From positions 28,024,001 to 28,088,000 of the forward strand of contig CM060734.1 of the NCBI GenBank assembly GCA_030704615.1: 64,000 nt of DNA. Reading direction: 5' to 3'. This DNA comes from Takakia lepidozioides (lineage: Eukaryota > Plantae > Bryophyta). The position numbers and the translations under genes are program-made. Shown in pieces: positions 13,587-26,399 of this stretch. Each line of letters starts with the position of its first letter. Within the stretch, counting starts at the first letter, position 1. A model generated the notes under the pieces. The model saw only the letters and a program-made list of their open reading frames with translations. It did no database searches and was not told the origin of the DNA.

Positions 13587-13603
13587 TGGCGACCATACTG
13601 GGG
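13587..13603 (+). promoter_or_regulatory. Primer binding site, tRNA-Arg-like
   Basis: TGGCGACCATACTGGG, 2 nt after the LTR end; resembles the complement of plant tRNA-Arg 3' ends (recalled, not aligned). Confidence 0.7.
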
Positions 13604-16600
13604 AACTGGGTCATGAACAACCAGATGTGACAGGCATTTGGTGGGATCATGGTGGATGGAGAATTAAAGAATTTGATGTGAATCAAATTCCCTGTGAAAC
13701 TGAGAAGGAAAGATTGTCCAAACAATTCTTTCAAGGTTCTTGGAATTGCCAGACGGTTGTAAAGAAAACATTCTTAAGAGAGTGCATGATGCTGACCCTG
13801 AGTGGGGTCTGGAGAAAGGAGTGATAAAGATTTATCAGGTGGCCTGTAGAAGAAGAGCACGTTGGTTACCAACACTGGTTTATGTGATAGCATTGCTAGC
13901 CATTAAGCGAGTAGAGTTTGAAGGCTGGGAGGTTAGAAAAGTGAATGTTTATACTCATATGCATGAAGAGCTTGTACTGGTAAAGAATTGGATTCCAAAG
14001 GATATTTTTGTGGATCAAACTCACACCAAGAACAGCTTTCCAGACTTGTTTGCCATATGGTTATATGGTAACGGAGACTTCTAGTATAGCCAAGGGTGCA
14101 TTTAAGCTTGAAAGAATCCCAGGCATATACGAGAGATATTACTGAAGAGGTTTTGGTTATTGCCACATTAAAAGAAATGAAAGACATGGGACATGAGTGA
14201 TGAAAGAGAAGCTAGACGCCAGAGATATTCAGCAAAAGAGAAAGCTATCTGAAAGCTAATTATCCATATCTTTGGGAGAGAGGAATAGACATAGGGGAAT
14301 CATCTGGACCTCTCACACCATTAAGATCAGAGAGTACATCACCCATACAGGAAGAACTAGAGTTGGATGCCACTCCTTCTTTTCTTTGCAAGAAAGATTA
14401 AGGGAATTGGTACGGAAAGAAGATCAATCACAAGGTGAAAGATCTGAGGTACATCCCTGGATAAAAGATTTGACAGAAATCTTTGATAAGAGTTTGCATG
14501 GAACACCAAAAGCAGGAACCCCAGTTTCTGAAGCGGAAGGTGAAGAAGGAGGAGAGGATGTGGCAGAGCCAACGGAGAGTTCAGACTCTCCAACACCATT
14601 GCAGTTGAGTTACATGAGTGAAGAAGAAACCCAAGGGCAGAACTTGGAGGATGAAAATAGAGAGAAGAAATTGGAAGAGGAAGAGTATGAAGAAGTAGAC
14701 CCCACAGCTGAGGTTGAGACTACAACCAGGACATCCCAACCCGTTGGACCTGGATCAAGTGGCACTTGGATCACAGGCCAACGAAGGTGTCGGCTCAGGG
14801 GGATCAGGCGGGCTTCCTGGATCTGGTTCTGGGGGGACAGGGAGTGTGGAAGTAGTGCAACTGGAGCTGGGAATACTGTGAATATCGTGGGGCCAGTAGC
14901 AGGGAGTGCTCAAGGGCCACCACTTGGTGGAAGATCCACCGCAACAACAACAGGTCCTGAAGGACCAGCACCAGCAAGGGTGCAGCACCTGTCAGTGGGC
15001 AGAAGGTAGGGCCACAGATGGCGTTACAAACCAACATGGGCAAAACCACATTTTCCAATATATTCAGAAAAGGGGATCCCGATGTACACATTAGCCAATT
15101 TGAGCACATGTGTATAGTGAACAATGAGAATGGCGATGATGCCAAGATGAGATTGTTTCCTTGTTCACTTATCAAGAAAGCAAGTGAATGGTATGCAAGA
15201 TTCCCTGATAATCATTTCCTAACATGGAATGGCTTGAATACAGCATTCCGAATAGGTTCAGGACAAGTAAACTGAGGATGAAGTGTATGGAAGTTTACAA
15301 CAGTTAATGCAAAAAAAGCATGAAACTGTTGAGGAGTATATGGAAAAGATGGAATTGATGATGAAAAAGCTGGCTGTTGTACCAACACCAGGTTTACAGA
15401 AGACTTGGTTTGTGAGTGGACTAAGACCAGAGTTGCAAAGAAAGTGGATATGTTACCCCATAATACAGTGGAGGAGGCATTTGAAACTGCAAACAGAATT
15501 GAGCAATTGGGAATGCTCAAGAGAGAGAAAAGGGATGATGAGGACTCTGAGGATGAGTCAGATGAAGAAGAAGAGCAAGAACTAAAAAGGAAGAGTAAGA
15601 GAAAGGAGAAGTTGAAGAGGGATAACTATGAGAAAAGATTAGAAGAAATCTTGAAGAAGTATGCCACGGAGGCTGCAACACATTGGAGGAAGGGTGTTTG
15701 GTGTGCAAAGTGCCAAAATGAAGGCCATACCACCACTGAATGCCACATGAAGGAGAAACACTGTACTATCTATAAAATGGATAACCATTCTACTGAGAAT
15801 TGTTACTACAACAGAAGGACAGCTGCAAGAGAACCTAGGCAAGTAAGGGTGCATCAGGGTGCAGCCCCAGTCAAGAAGAAACAATGATCGGGACCACTAT
15901 GGTAGGTCTGGTGGTTATAACAATGGCATGGAAGGGAGAGGTAATTCAAGAGGGAATTACTAAGGAAATTCCAGAGGCAACTATCAGGGTAATCCAAGGG
16001 GGAATTATCAGCCCGGGAATCAGGATTACAGAAATTCTCCAAGAGCAGACCAAGGGCGAGGACCCAATGGTGAAGAACTGTGTTACTATTGTAATCAGCC
16101 AGGACATTGCAAGGCAGCCTGTTCATTCTGGATTAGACACCAGAATGAGATGAGTGCTCCTGTGAATGAGGGCCCAGTGGTGGCAGCTCACATGGTTAGG
16201 CCATGTGTTGTACCAGAAGTAAGTACAATGATAGTAACAAGAAGCAAAGCCAAACCAATACCTCCAGTAGTTGAGGAAGATGATGATAATGGAAATGGTA
16301 GTGATATGCCTGAAGATGATGAGGCTTGGAGAGATGAGAAGGAACTGCACAAAGAAGTGGCAGATACCATAAGGGAAATGCAGAAGAGTACTGATATTCC
16401 TGTGGCAGATTCCTCTGATTCTGATGGAGAAGAAGAAGTGAGTGAGGATGAAAGGAAGAAAGAAGCTGCAGACATGCAAAGTAATGAAGGGACTTTGGCT
16501 GAAGTAATATGCCAGACCAAAGCAGAGATTACCATTGGACAGCTATTGAGATACAAATTACCACAAAGAAATCTAGTAGATTACCTGCTACGAGAAGACC

Positions 16601-16716
16601 TCGAGGGGTCAGAGAGTATGACTGGAGAGGAGGACTGGATGAGGAGCATGAAGCTACCCTGTTTACTGCACACCCAGAGTGGGAGTAGGTTACAGAGATG
16701 CGGCTGGAAGGCCTAA
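13600..16716 (+). pseudogene. gag: gag region with long N-terminal extension, frameshifted
   Basis: DPDVHISQFE...KMRLFPCSL..ASEWY; Q..HETVEEY; zinc knuckles CAKCQNEGHTTTEC, CTIYKMDNHSTENC and CYYCNQPGH. Confidence 0.8.
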
Positions 16717-16879
16717 GTTGTTTAAGAGGTATCTGCTGTGGTGTAGTGTCAGCAACACCAATTGAAGAGGAAACCAGCAGTTACCCATCACATTTCTATG
16801 AAGAAAGAGAAGGAGAAATGGAAATCCTAGAGGAACCAGCCACTGTGAGTTTACAGGAGGAAGTGGTGACTGGTTGGAC

Positions 16880-19700
16880 AATCACAGCTGATGAGCAGGT
16901 GAGAGAAGTGAATGTGGGAACTAAAGAGGAACCAAGGATGGTGAAGGTAGGAGCTGATTTGGAGCCAGAATTCTTTGAAGAAGCTAAGAGTTTGTTCATC
17001 AAATACAGAGATGTATTTGCTTGGAACTACGAGGATCTAAAAGGGATACCACCTGAAGATTGTCAGCATAAGATTGAACTGGAACCAGGATCAGTACCAA
17101 TCAAGCAGGCAAGGTACAGAATGAATCCCAACAGAAGGTTGGAAAAGAGATCAAGAAATTGGCTGAGGCTAAGTTTATACCCAATAGAGTATACAACTTG
17201 GTTGTCATCCTTGTGATAGTTCCCAGAAGAATGGTAAACTAAGAGTTTGTGTGAACTACAAGAAGCTGAATGCTTGTACGAAGAAAGATCCTTTCCATTT
17301 GCCATTCACAGAAGCAGTATTGGACACTGTGGCAGGCCATGAGAGGTACTCATTCATGGATGGCTTCAGTGGTTATAATCAAGTGCAAGTGGCTGAAGAA
17401 GACCAAGGAAAGATAGCTTTCATCACAGACTGGGGTGCTTATGCATACAAAGTCATGCCCTTTGGACTTTGTAATGCACCAGCAACCTTTCAGAGAGTGA
17501 TAAGTGAATATTTCATGAGTATCTGGATGATTTCATGCAGGTGTTCTTGGATGATTTCAATGTGTACAGAGATGAGCACTTGCATAAATTGGAGTTATGT
17601 CTGGCCAGATGCAGGATGAGAGGTCTGGGCCTGAATCCAGAGAAGTGTACTTTCTGTGTGAACTCAGGGGTGTTTCTGGGACACATTGTGTGTAAGAGGG
17701 GACTTCTTGTGGATCCCAAGAAAATAGAGGCCATTAAAGCCTCTCCACCACCAGTGAATGTTAAGAGTCTAAGGAGATTCCTTGGGCAAACCAGTTATAT
17801 AGAAGATTTGTCAGACGGTATGCACAGATAGCAGCACCATTGAGCAAACTTCTGAAGAAAGATGCAAAGATGCAGTGTTGCATGGAACCTGAATGTCAAC
17901 AGGCTTTTGAGGAACTTACATTGTCAGTAACAACTACACCTGTGCTAATTAATCCTCACTGGCAGGAAATATTTCATGTCATTGTGATGCTTCTGGAGAG
18001 CACTAGGAGCAGTGTTAGCCCAAAATGTTACAGGAAGGATAGATTCACCTGTGTACTATGCTAGCCGATTGATGAACAATGCCAAAAGAAATTATAGCAC
18101 AACGGAAAGAGAAGCATTGGCAATGATCTATGCAGTGAAGAAATTCAGGCATTACCTGTTGGGCAAGAAGTTTATGTTCTATGTGGATCACAGGCTCTGA
18201 TATACCTGGTAAACAAACCTCTGATAAGCGGAAGAAGAATAGCAAGATGGTGATAATCTTGCACGAGTTCAAGTTCGAGGTTGTTTACAAGCCTGGGAGG
18301 CTGCATCTTGTGGCGGATCACTTGTCACGGTTATCAACAGGAGAACCAGCCACGGGAGTAGATGATCAATTACCAGATGCGAGTCTATTTGCAGTGGAGG
18401 TGCAGGGAAGTGCAGATGACTGGTTAGATTGGCAGTGGCCAATCAGATACTACCTTGCTCATGGTCAGTGCCCACCAAGTTTGGAAAGGAGCAGAGAAAG
18501 AATTGTTATAAAAGGCTCTTACCTTACACTATGGTAGGGAGGAAGCAGAATGTATAGCTAGGACCAGATGGAGTGCTGAAGCGATGCTTATACCACCATG
18601 AAGTTAATAAAGTTTTGGAGGAAGTTCATAAAGGAGTGGCAGGAGGTCATTTTGGAGAGAGAGAGACTACCAGTAGGAAGATACTACATGCAGGTTACTG
18701 GTGGCCTACTTTGTTCAAGATGTACACAAGTATTGTCAGAGTTATGATGAATGTCAGAGGCTAGGACCTTTGCAGAGATATGGGAAGATGGCTTTGCATC
18801 CTACAATGCCTACGGAACCATTTCAGAAATGGGGACTAGACTTTGTTGGACCAATTAACCCACCAGCCAAGAATAACAGAACAGGTACATAATTACAGCC
18901 ACTGATTATACTACGAAGTGGGTGGAAGCTAAAGCTTTGAGGGACAACACAGCCAAGTCCACAGCAAGGTTCCTGTATGAGAACATACTTACACGATTTG
19001 GCTGTCCCTTGGAATTTATCAGTGATCAGGGAAGTCACTTCATTAATGAGACCATTGAATTATTGACTAAAGAGTTCGATTGTGCATAGGAAGAGTACAA
19101 CATATTACCCACAGGGTAATGGGCAGGCAGAGGCTACCAACAAAATACTATGTACTATCTTGGCTAAGATAGTCAATGCAAACAGAACGGATTGGGATAC
19201 AAAGCTGCTGACAGCTTTGTGGTCATACGGGACTTCATATAAAGTCATCACTAAGTATACACCATTCCAATTGGTTTATGGTATGGAAGCTTTACTTCCA
19301 GTGGAATTCCTGTTACCTACCATGAGAACGGAATGGGAAAGAGAATGGAATTGCAAGATTCAATTAAGGTCAGGAAACATGAATTATACCATGTGGAAGA
19401 AGTACGTGCTGATGCAGCTGATAACATGACCGGAATTCAGATGAAGAGAAAGGAACAGTTTGATGAAGGCAAGATAAAGACTTTTAAGACGGGAGATTTG
19501 ATTCTCTGGTTGCAGAAGAAGGGAAAGATTAAAGCTTCTAAGCTTAAATCACCATGGAAAGGACCTTATGTCATACAGAAAATGTATGACAACAACACCG
19601 CCATGTTACAAACCATTAACAAAGAGATGCTGGGAAGAGTCAATGCCAATAAGTTGAAGGGGTACAGTGGTATCCATGACAAACCATTGCAGCATGATTT
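16880..19700 (+). pseudogene. pol: pol: reverse transcriptase, RNase H, integrase (frameshifted)
   Basis: YKKLN...MDGFSGYNQ...MPFGLCNAPATFQR...FLDD; YASR..NYSTTEREAL; GGHFG; WGLDFVGP; SDQGSHF; PQGNGQAE; WKGPY. Confidence 0.93.
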
Positions 19701-20217
19701 GCATGTTGAAACGCAAAAGCAGTCACGGGCTGCGCCAGTGATACCAACAGAGTATGGAGCACTTCTCGCTAGGCTGAGCGTATATAACGAGGGCGGGCAG
19801 TACAGGCGCGACACAACCTATCATAGCCCAGCACGGCGCGACACAGCCTATCACAGCTTACCACAATGCCACACAGCCTATCACAGCGTACCACGGTATG
19901 ACACAACCTGTCACAGCACAACATAGCCTTCTAGGGTTACACAATCCATAGGATCAGTGACAGGTGGACGTGGGTTAACATCCGGACAGTGGCCGGCGGA
20001 AAAGTGGACGAAGGCATGTGTAGAAATGGACATGTGGACGCCAGGGCGAGACACACAGCCGGACATGGATTGCAAAGGCGAGTGTCATCAGGGAAGAAGA
20101 TAAAATTGGCCGTCAAAGTACCTACCCGACACATTAACTTATTATGGGCCCATTAATGCATACGGGGAAAGGGTAACGGAACCCTTAAAAAGTACCGAAA
20201 AGCAAAATCCATGTCAA

Positions 20218-23200
20218 ATGTGTTATCCTAGTGGACAGTCCAGAGTGGAAAATCCATGGAAGGAAATGAAATCTAAAATCCAGTCACAGCAGTTACAGCC
20301 AATCAAAGGCCAGAAGCAGAATCAAGAAAATGGAGAAATTTTAAGCGCAAGAGTCGGCGTCGTTCCCAGTAACGGGCGTCACGATGGGACAGACCATCAA
20401 TGCTATAGCTTTGAAGCTATGGAGGAACTAACAGACTATACGCTCGCGATACTACTTACGCAGTGGCATGGGGATAGAAGAACAGAGAGTATCTTTTCTC
20501 TTAATCGATGCTTGCAAGCCCCGCAAGCTTACAAGAAATTACCCATAGCATTTTGTGGCAACCATACGTTTATGCTTTGTGCCCTGCAGGCAATTCTATT
20601 GTTACAGCCCAAACCTTTCTGTGGGTCTAGAATGAAGAGAGTGAGAGGAATGGAAGAAATCAGGGTGAAGAGCACCACAATCCTGCAAAAACAAACGATT
20701 GCTATTCCACAGGCGATACAGTTACTGAAGGAGCTGCGATTAGAAGGATTGCAAAGCAAAGATTGGACATTGCACCATAGACAGTACATGTTACAATTCT
20801 TGCAGAACTTTGAGCCTAGGACAGGAGCAACAACGGCGAAGGGAGTTGAATTAGAAATTACTCCCCTATACCTACAGCAATTGTTTGAATTGCCATCAGG
20901 TCAGGTGCATGTGGAGGAGCACAGGGCAAGACTGCAAATAGGGGACTTATTCCAAGAAGGGAGTTTCTTTAAAACTCAGGGTTATGCTTGTACCAAGGCC
21001 GTCTACCCAGGGCTAAGGGAGGTAGGCCAGGTATTGAACGTTCTGTTTGCCATGAAACAGAACCAACAGTATTTGAGCAGATCCTTCACAGAGGAAATAC
21101 TCAAAGCCCTGAGAGGAGAAGAGGTAGCATGGGCAGACATAATGTACAACGCACTGGTAGAGGAGATGAAAAGATACAGGGCACTGCCGCAAAGTTTCCT
21201 ATCATAGTGTCTGGCCCAATCATTGCTCAAATAATTCTTGATTCTTGCATACTTGATGCTCGGGAAAGAAAGGAGCTGGGAGTGTTTGAGGCCGAAACCA
21301 CTGCAATGGAAGAGCAAGGCTCTTCACACAGTGAGGGTGGACTGGCAGGGCAACCCCAGTCTAAGAGACAGAGGCGGGGAAAGACTGTGTGTGGCGGATC
21401 CACTGGCTTCACGGAAACCGCATGATAATGTTTCCCAAGCTCTTGTGCAGGAAGGGGCACAGCAGCACAAAGAGCTGCTATTATTGGAAGCAGGGCCTTC
21501 AGAGAGGGAAGAGGAAATTACTTTAGTATCACAGCCATCACAGCCAGATGATCGGCTTGTCACAGAGTTACCACAAGTTGTCCATGCAGTTCCACCAGAA
21601 ATAATTGATTTGGAGAAAGAAGGGTTAGATATCCCCACTACAGAACAGGTGGTGGCAGAAATTGAGAAGGGGGACGTTCTCTATGAAAATTTTGGTCTGG
21701 TCAGGGAAACAATGATTCCGGAGGTGCAGCGGTTGTCCAGGGGAAACCCTGCGGTGCATATAATACACACACCTGTGACGGAGGTACCACGGGTATAATG
21801 TCAAGACACTGCAGTACCTGTGACGGATGAAGTGGTTCAGGAAGAAAATCTGGTGGGGCAATAGCCTGAATGGTTAGTGAGGCATCACATTGTTGAGGAT
21901 CAGGGAGAACAGCAGCAAGATCACCATGATGACCCTCAACAGGCCATGCTTATGAGTTCCATAAGCAGGACACTTAATTTGTTGGGCACTTATGTCAAAT
22001 CCCATGTTCCAACTACCAATTGGCAGCTTTGAGGGAGGAACTCAGGAAGGAGTTTGAGGCTCGACTTGCCACTGAGTGTGCAAACAAGGTCGATGAGGAG
22101 GTCACTTTCAAGATACAGCAAGACTTAGAGAGTATAAAACCTGCTTTGCAATTGGCCAAGGAATAATTGATTGAGGCAGGCCTCGTGTAAGACCAGTTGC
22201 ACGAAGCACATAAGCAACAGCTATACCAAATGCAGGTGAAGCATGAAAGCAAGTTGCAAGAAGTGAATGCACTACATACGGAGTTGCAGACAGTGCATGA
22301 CAGGATGGCCATACAATGTGCTACACTCACAACTACGCTTGACCAAGCTACAATAGAAATTAACAGTCAAGCGGAAAGATGTACGAAGGCAGAGGCAGAG
22401 AATGTCGAGCAAGCGAAACTCATTGTCGATATGAAGAATACAATCTGTCGCAATGAGAATACCTTCAAGCAATACAGGTAGGTTGAAGCTGACCAAGAGA
22501 GGTACATCCTGGAATTGCAACAAACGCTCATGTCCAATAACAAGGCTTGGAAAGAAGCCAATAATCTGGCTGCTGCATATGCGAATTTGGTTGAACCTCA
22601 TGCGAAGTGCATGGAGGCTTTACAGCAGCAGATAGATGTGTACAGGCTCACAGAAGAGCAGACTCTCAGGGTGCCACAAGCAACTTGGTGGATAACCACC
22701 TTATGAAGGTCTGGTTAGCACAAGGGCCGGTGGAGGGCAAAGCACCACGAAAGCTCACCCAAAGCGAGATGAATGAGCTCAGACTGCAAGTGCAGAACAT
22801 TGCCACAACTACCATGGACAATGTCTATAGTAGGATAGCGGAGCTACAAGAGGATGTAGATGGCCTGCAGACTCAGGTAGAGGACCTGACATCAAATATT
22901 GAGAAGAGAGTCTTTGTACCTGAGGAGCAACTGATGGCTTCTTATTTACAAGCCAGAACTTTGGCTTTTCAGTCTTCTTCGCAGGGGGTGCAGGAGATGC
23001 CAATGGTACAAGAGACAGAGCCACCAACACCACAACAAGTTACTGTGCCAGTAGCTGACCTTGTTGTTACTACAGCCGCACCACGGCCACCACAGCCTGA
23101 GGTATGGGGGAATGCTGCTTTTAACCCACCTAAAACTCCTGCTGCACGGGAGTACAGTCGGGCTATGATTATGCCCTTCAACCAAATTCCCATTGTGTTG

Positions 23201-24165
23201 GATTTGGCTTGGAAGGAATTTAGTCCTCCGCAGTCGTTGGCACATTACTATCAAATCATGCGCATTTGGCTGCTAGTGGCAACTAGGACTAAAGTTCTTC
23301 CGAACAATCGACCAATTGAGGATCATCACTTTGCGCAGTACTGACATGAGGCAAGTACCATGTTGAAGGAATTATTGCCTTCCAAGTTGTACATGGATTC
23401 ATTTATACCAAGACCAAAGTGGTAACAAGTATTGTCATGGGCTGCGGGTTATACTACGCTACTTGTTTTCTGGTACGTTATCACATTGAGCAGCAGAAGA
23501 TGCAAACGCGCTTTCTGAGTTATTCCAGTGGGGATCATTGGGTCTTACCTTCAGTGCCACCTCATATGTACCTATATGAGGCAAAAGTTATGATGCAAAA
23601 GGATTCTCAGATTCGTTCATGGTTTCATGCGGCCTGGAACAATTTGTCAACACAGAAATTTGGGCCTGACGATATTTTCTTTAAGGGACCTGAGGCATGG
23701 AAATATTTGCACAATTCACAAGTCATTGGTACACCACTCACCTGGACAGACAAGGAGCTCAGGGTCTTCACCAATTTTGCAATTCAGCGCTTACAACAAG
23801 TTTTGCAATTTAAACTTCCAGACATGGTGGGACAACATTGTATGCCCCAGAGAATTCCAATTAGAGTTCGACCGTTAAAACACCTCAGGGGGGACGAGGA
23901 TTCTGATACAACTGTTTCTTCAGCAGACTCTTTTGACATGGCAGAGGACTATGCAATTCAGATGGCAGAGAAGAAGCGACGGGGGTCTCCTATGCCTGAA
24001 AGATTACCTCGATATCAGCCTCCAGAGGGACTGACATATCCAGGTAGTGTTCAATCATCTCCGTCAACCAGTGACAGACCTCGGGCTCGCACACAGAGTC
24101 CTTCACGAGACTCTCAATGTCAGAAGGGTGCTCGCTCACAAATGTTTGCTAATCCCCAACAGTAA
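20218..24165 (+). pseudogene. Extra sense-strand ORF between integrase and PPT (~1300 codons when rejoined)
   Basis: Chain of same-strand ORFs (329, 186, 94, 245, 248 aa) conserved at protein level in three copies in the window. Confidence 0.8.
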
Positions 24166-24186
24166 ACCATGAGGACACGGCTTTTT

Positions 24187-24200
24187 GAGAGGGGAAGGGG
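24187..24200 (+). promoter_or_regulatory. Polypurine tract
   Basis: GAGAGGGGAAGGGG, 3 nt before the 3' LTR. Confidence 0.85.
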
Positions 24201-24203
24201 TAA

Positions 24204-25201
24204 TGTTAGAGGACTGCTTGGGACTTAGACGCTTTTACGGGATCTGTGGGGTACCCTTAATTTTTACACAGACTGAGACCAACAAGAGCCTTAGGGGTGA
24301 CAGCAACAGGCTTTAGGGGGGAGAGACACAGCCAACACAGCCCGTCACAGCCAACACAAACCATCACAGCCACACAGCCAGTCACAGCCCAACACAGTCG
24401 CACAGCCAATCACAGCCCGACCCACACAGTCGCACAGGTCACAGCTCGACACAGCCCGACACAGCCCAACACAGTCGCACAGCCAGTCACAGCCCGTCAC
24501 AGTTTCACACAGCCAGTCACAGCTTGACACAGCTATCACGACCATAGGGAACGAATAGCAGGACAGGGAACGACTGTGGGGAACAACATCTGCGAATGGA
24601 ACATGTTAGTTCACGGATGACGGTTAGTGAGGGAAACAGTTAGAACAACGGGTAGGAAGATAAAGCCAGGAGCGAGGACTGGAAAATGATCACTTCTGGG
24701 GGAAGATGATCACTTCTGGAAGGACTTGGGGGGGGGGAATCACAACTTGGAAATGAAGCGGAGAGCGCATCTTTGAGCAGAAAGAGGGAGAGCAGGGAGG
24801 AGGAGAAGAACGATCTGTTGATACTTGCTGAATGCAAGAAGCAGAGTTGTAATGTAGAGCAGAATAGAGACACCATGGCTTCAGCCTGATACTTGATAGA
24901 TATTAATCTGATACATACTTCATACTCACACTGTGTAGAGAGACCTGAGTGAAGCTGTGGAATGAATGGATGGAACTTGATAGATTTCTGAAGCAAACTG
25001 ATACTTAATTGCAGATAGTAAGGTAACTCGCTAACATGAATGCGGGAACCAGTACAAATAGGAAACACCCCCATGATACACTAGCTGTAGGTCATGACTG
25101 ATTGTTCTGAGCGGGCTGAGTGCTTAGAGATTTCCAACTCTTCTATCTTGGAGTTTCCACCTCGGATAGCGAAGGGATGGGTGAGTAAAAGCCGCGCGAC
25201 A
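24204..25201 (+). repeat. 3' LTR
   Basis: TGTTAGAGG...GCCGCGCGACA followed by the TSD GAGAT. Confidence 0.95.
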
Positions 25202-25990
25202 GAGATCCCCGTCATTTCTTCTCCTCCATTTGTGTCACATAATCCTCAGCCATGTCAAAATTTCCCTCCAAAGAACCAGTGGTATTTGAATAATCTTCCC
25301 AGGGTTGGCCATGTTGTTTCCTGACCTTTTGTGGCTTCTCAGGAAGCTTGACTAGCATACAATGTATGCCCACCATGTCTAGAATCTTATATTGTAAGAC
25401 TTGTGTCAACCTCTTTCGGGCAAGATTAGTATATGCCCGCAGCTCTTCATCCGTATAGCTGAGTGGTGTGCCGATGACCTTGGAAAAGTGCAGCCACTTT
25501 CTGGCCTCATGCCCTTTTGGAAAAATGTGGTCAAGGCCCAAGTTTTTTTTTTTTAATTGCTCCAAAGCAAAAGAGAACCAATCATTAAGTTGTGTATCTC
25601 GCCGAAGCATGAGTTTCAGATACTTGTGGTCTGGAACTGGAGGTAATGTCCAATGCTCCCCATTGGAATAAGTCTAAAACCTCATCTGCATTTTCTACTG
25701 CTCAGTGTGGTAGCGTAAAACAAAGCAAGCAACATAATACATTCCATAGCCCATGACCAGACTAGGTACCTCCTTCGTCTTGGTATAGATGAATCCATGA
25801 ACGATCTGGAAGGCAATTAATTCCTTCAGCATGGTTCCTGCCTCAGACCAGTACTGTGCAAAATGGTGATCTTCAATGGGTCTGTCAGTTGGAAGAACCT
25901 TAGTCCGAGTTGCCACTGACAACCAAATGCGCATAATCTAGTAATAGTGTGCCAAAGACTCTGGAGGACTGAATTCTTTCCAAGCCATCT

Positions 25991-26395
25991 ATTTATTAAT
26001 TAACAATAAGCGATCTCACACATTTGAATTACCTGCTCATACTAACTACACTTCATGCCTTCCATTAATTTTTATATAATTTTTTATAGTGTACCTATTC
26101 CCGCGGACTTTCTACCGTGCCCCTATTCTCGCGGGTATTTGCCCCCAGACCTCTCGGCCCAAAGTCTGTAATCGGCAACGACTACATAGGTTCGGCAACT
26201 ACCGAACCTAATTTTGAGTAACCGAACCTACGGAATGTTGCACTTACTGATGGTGCACCTGCCCTTTTTCAACTTCAAAAGCTGTCGGAATTGCGGTTGA
26301 AAATCCAAATATCGAGGAATATTCCTTGGATATTCGGCTGCTCATGCTTAATTTTGCTCATGCTCATGCTCACCGCTCATGCAAAGTACACACCC
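25991..26395. mobile_element. Isolated terminus of a related Mutator-like family
   Basis: CCTATTCCCGCGG motif, GCTCATG repeats and end GCTCATGCAAAGTACACACCC; parallels the terminus at 4636-4755. Confidence 0.55.
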
Positions 26396-26399
26396 GCAA

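Larger units (their letters stand above)
12575..25201 (+). mobile_element. Full-length non-chromoviral Ty3/Gypsy LTR retrotransposon (~12.6 kb) with an extra 3' ORF
   Basis: Two near-identical ~1 kb LTRs, 5-bp TSD GAGAT (12570-12574 / 25202-25206), PBS, gag, RT-RNaseH-INT order, PPT. Confidence 0.95.
11357..25990 (-). mobile_element. Truncated minus-strand Gypsy element interrupted by the 12575-25201 element
   Basis: 12400-12574 and 25207-25990 rejoin across the GAGAT TSD into the reverse complement of the extra-ORF C-terminus (compare 8580 GAAATGACGGGGATCTCCTATGCC). Confidence 0.8.
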
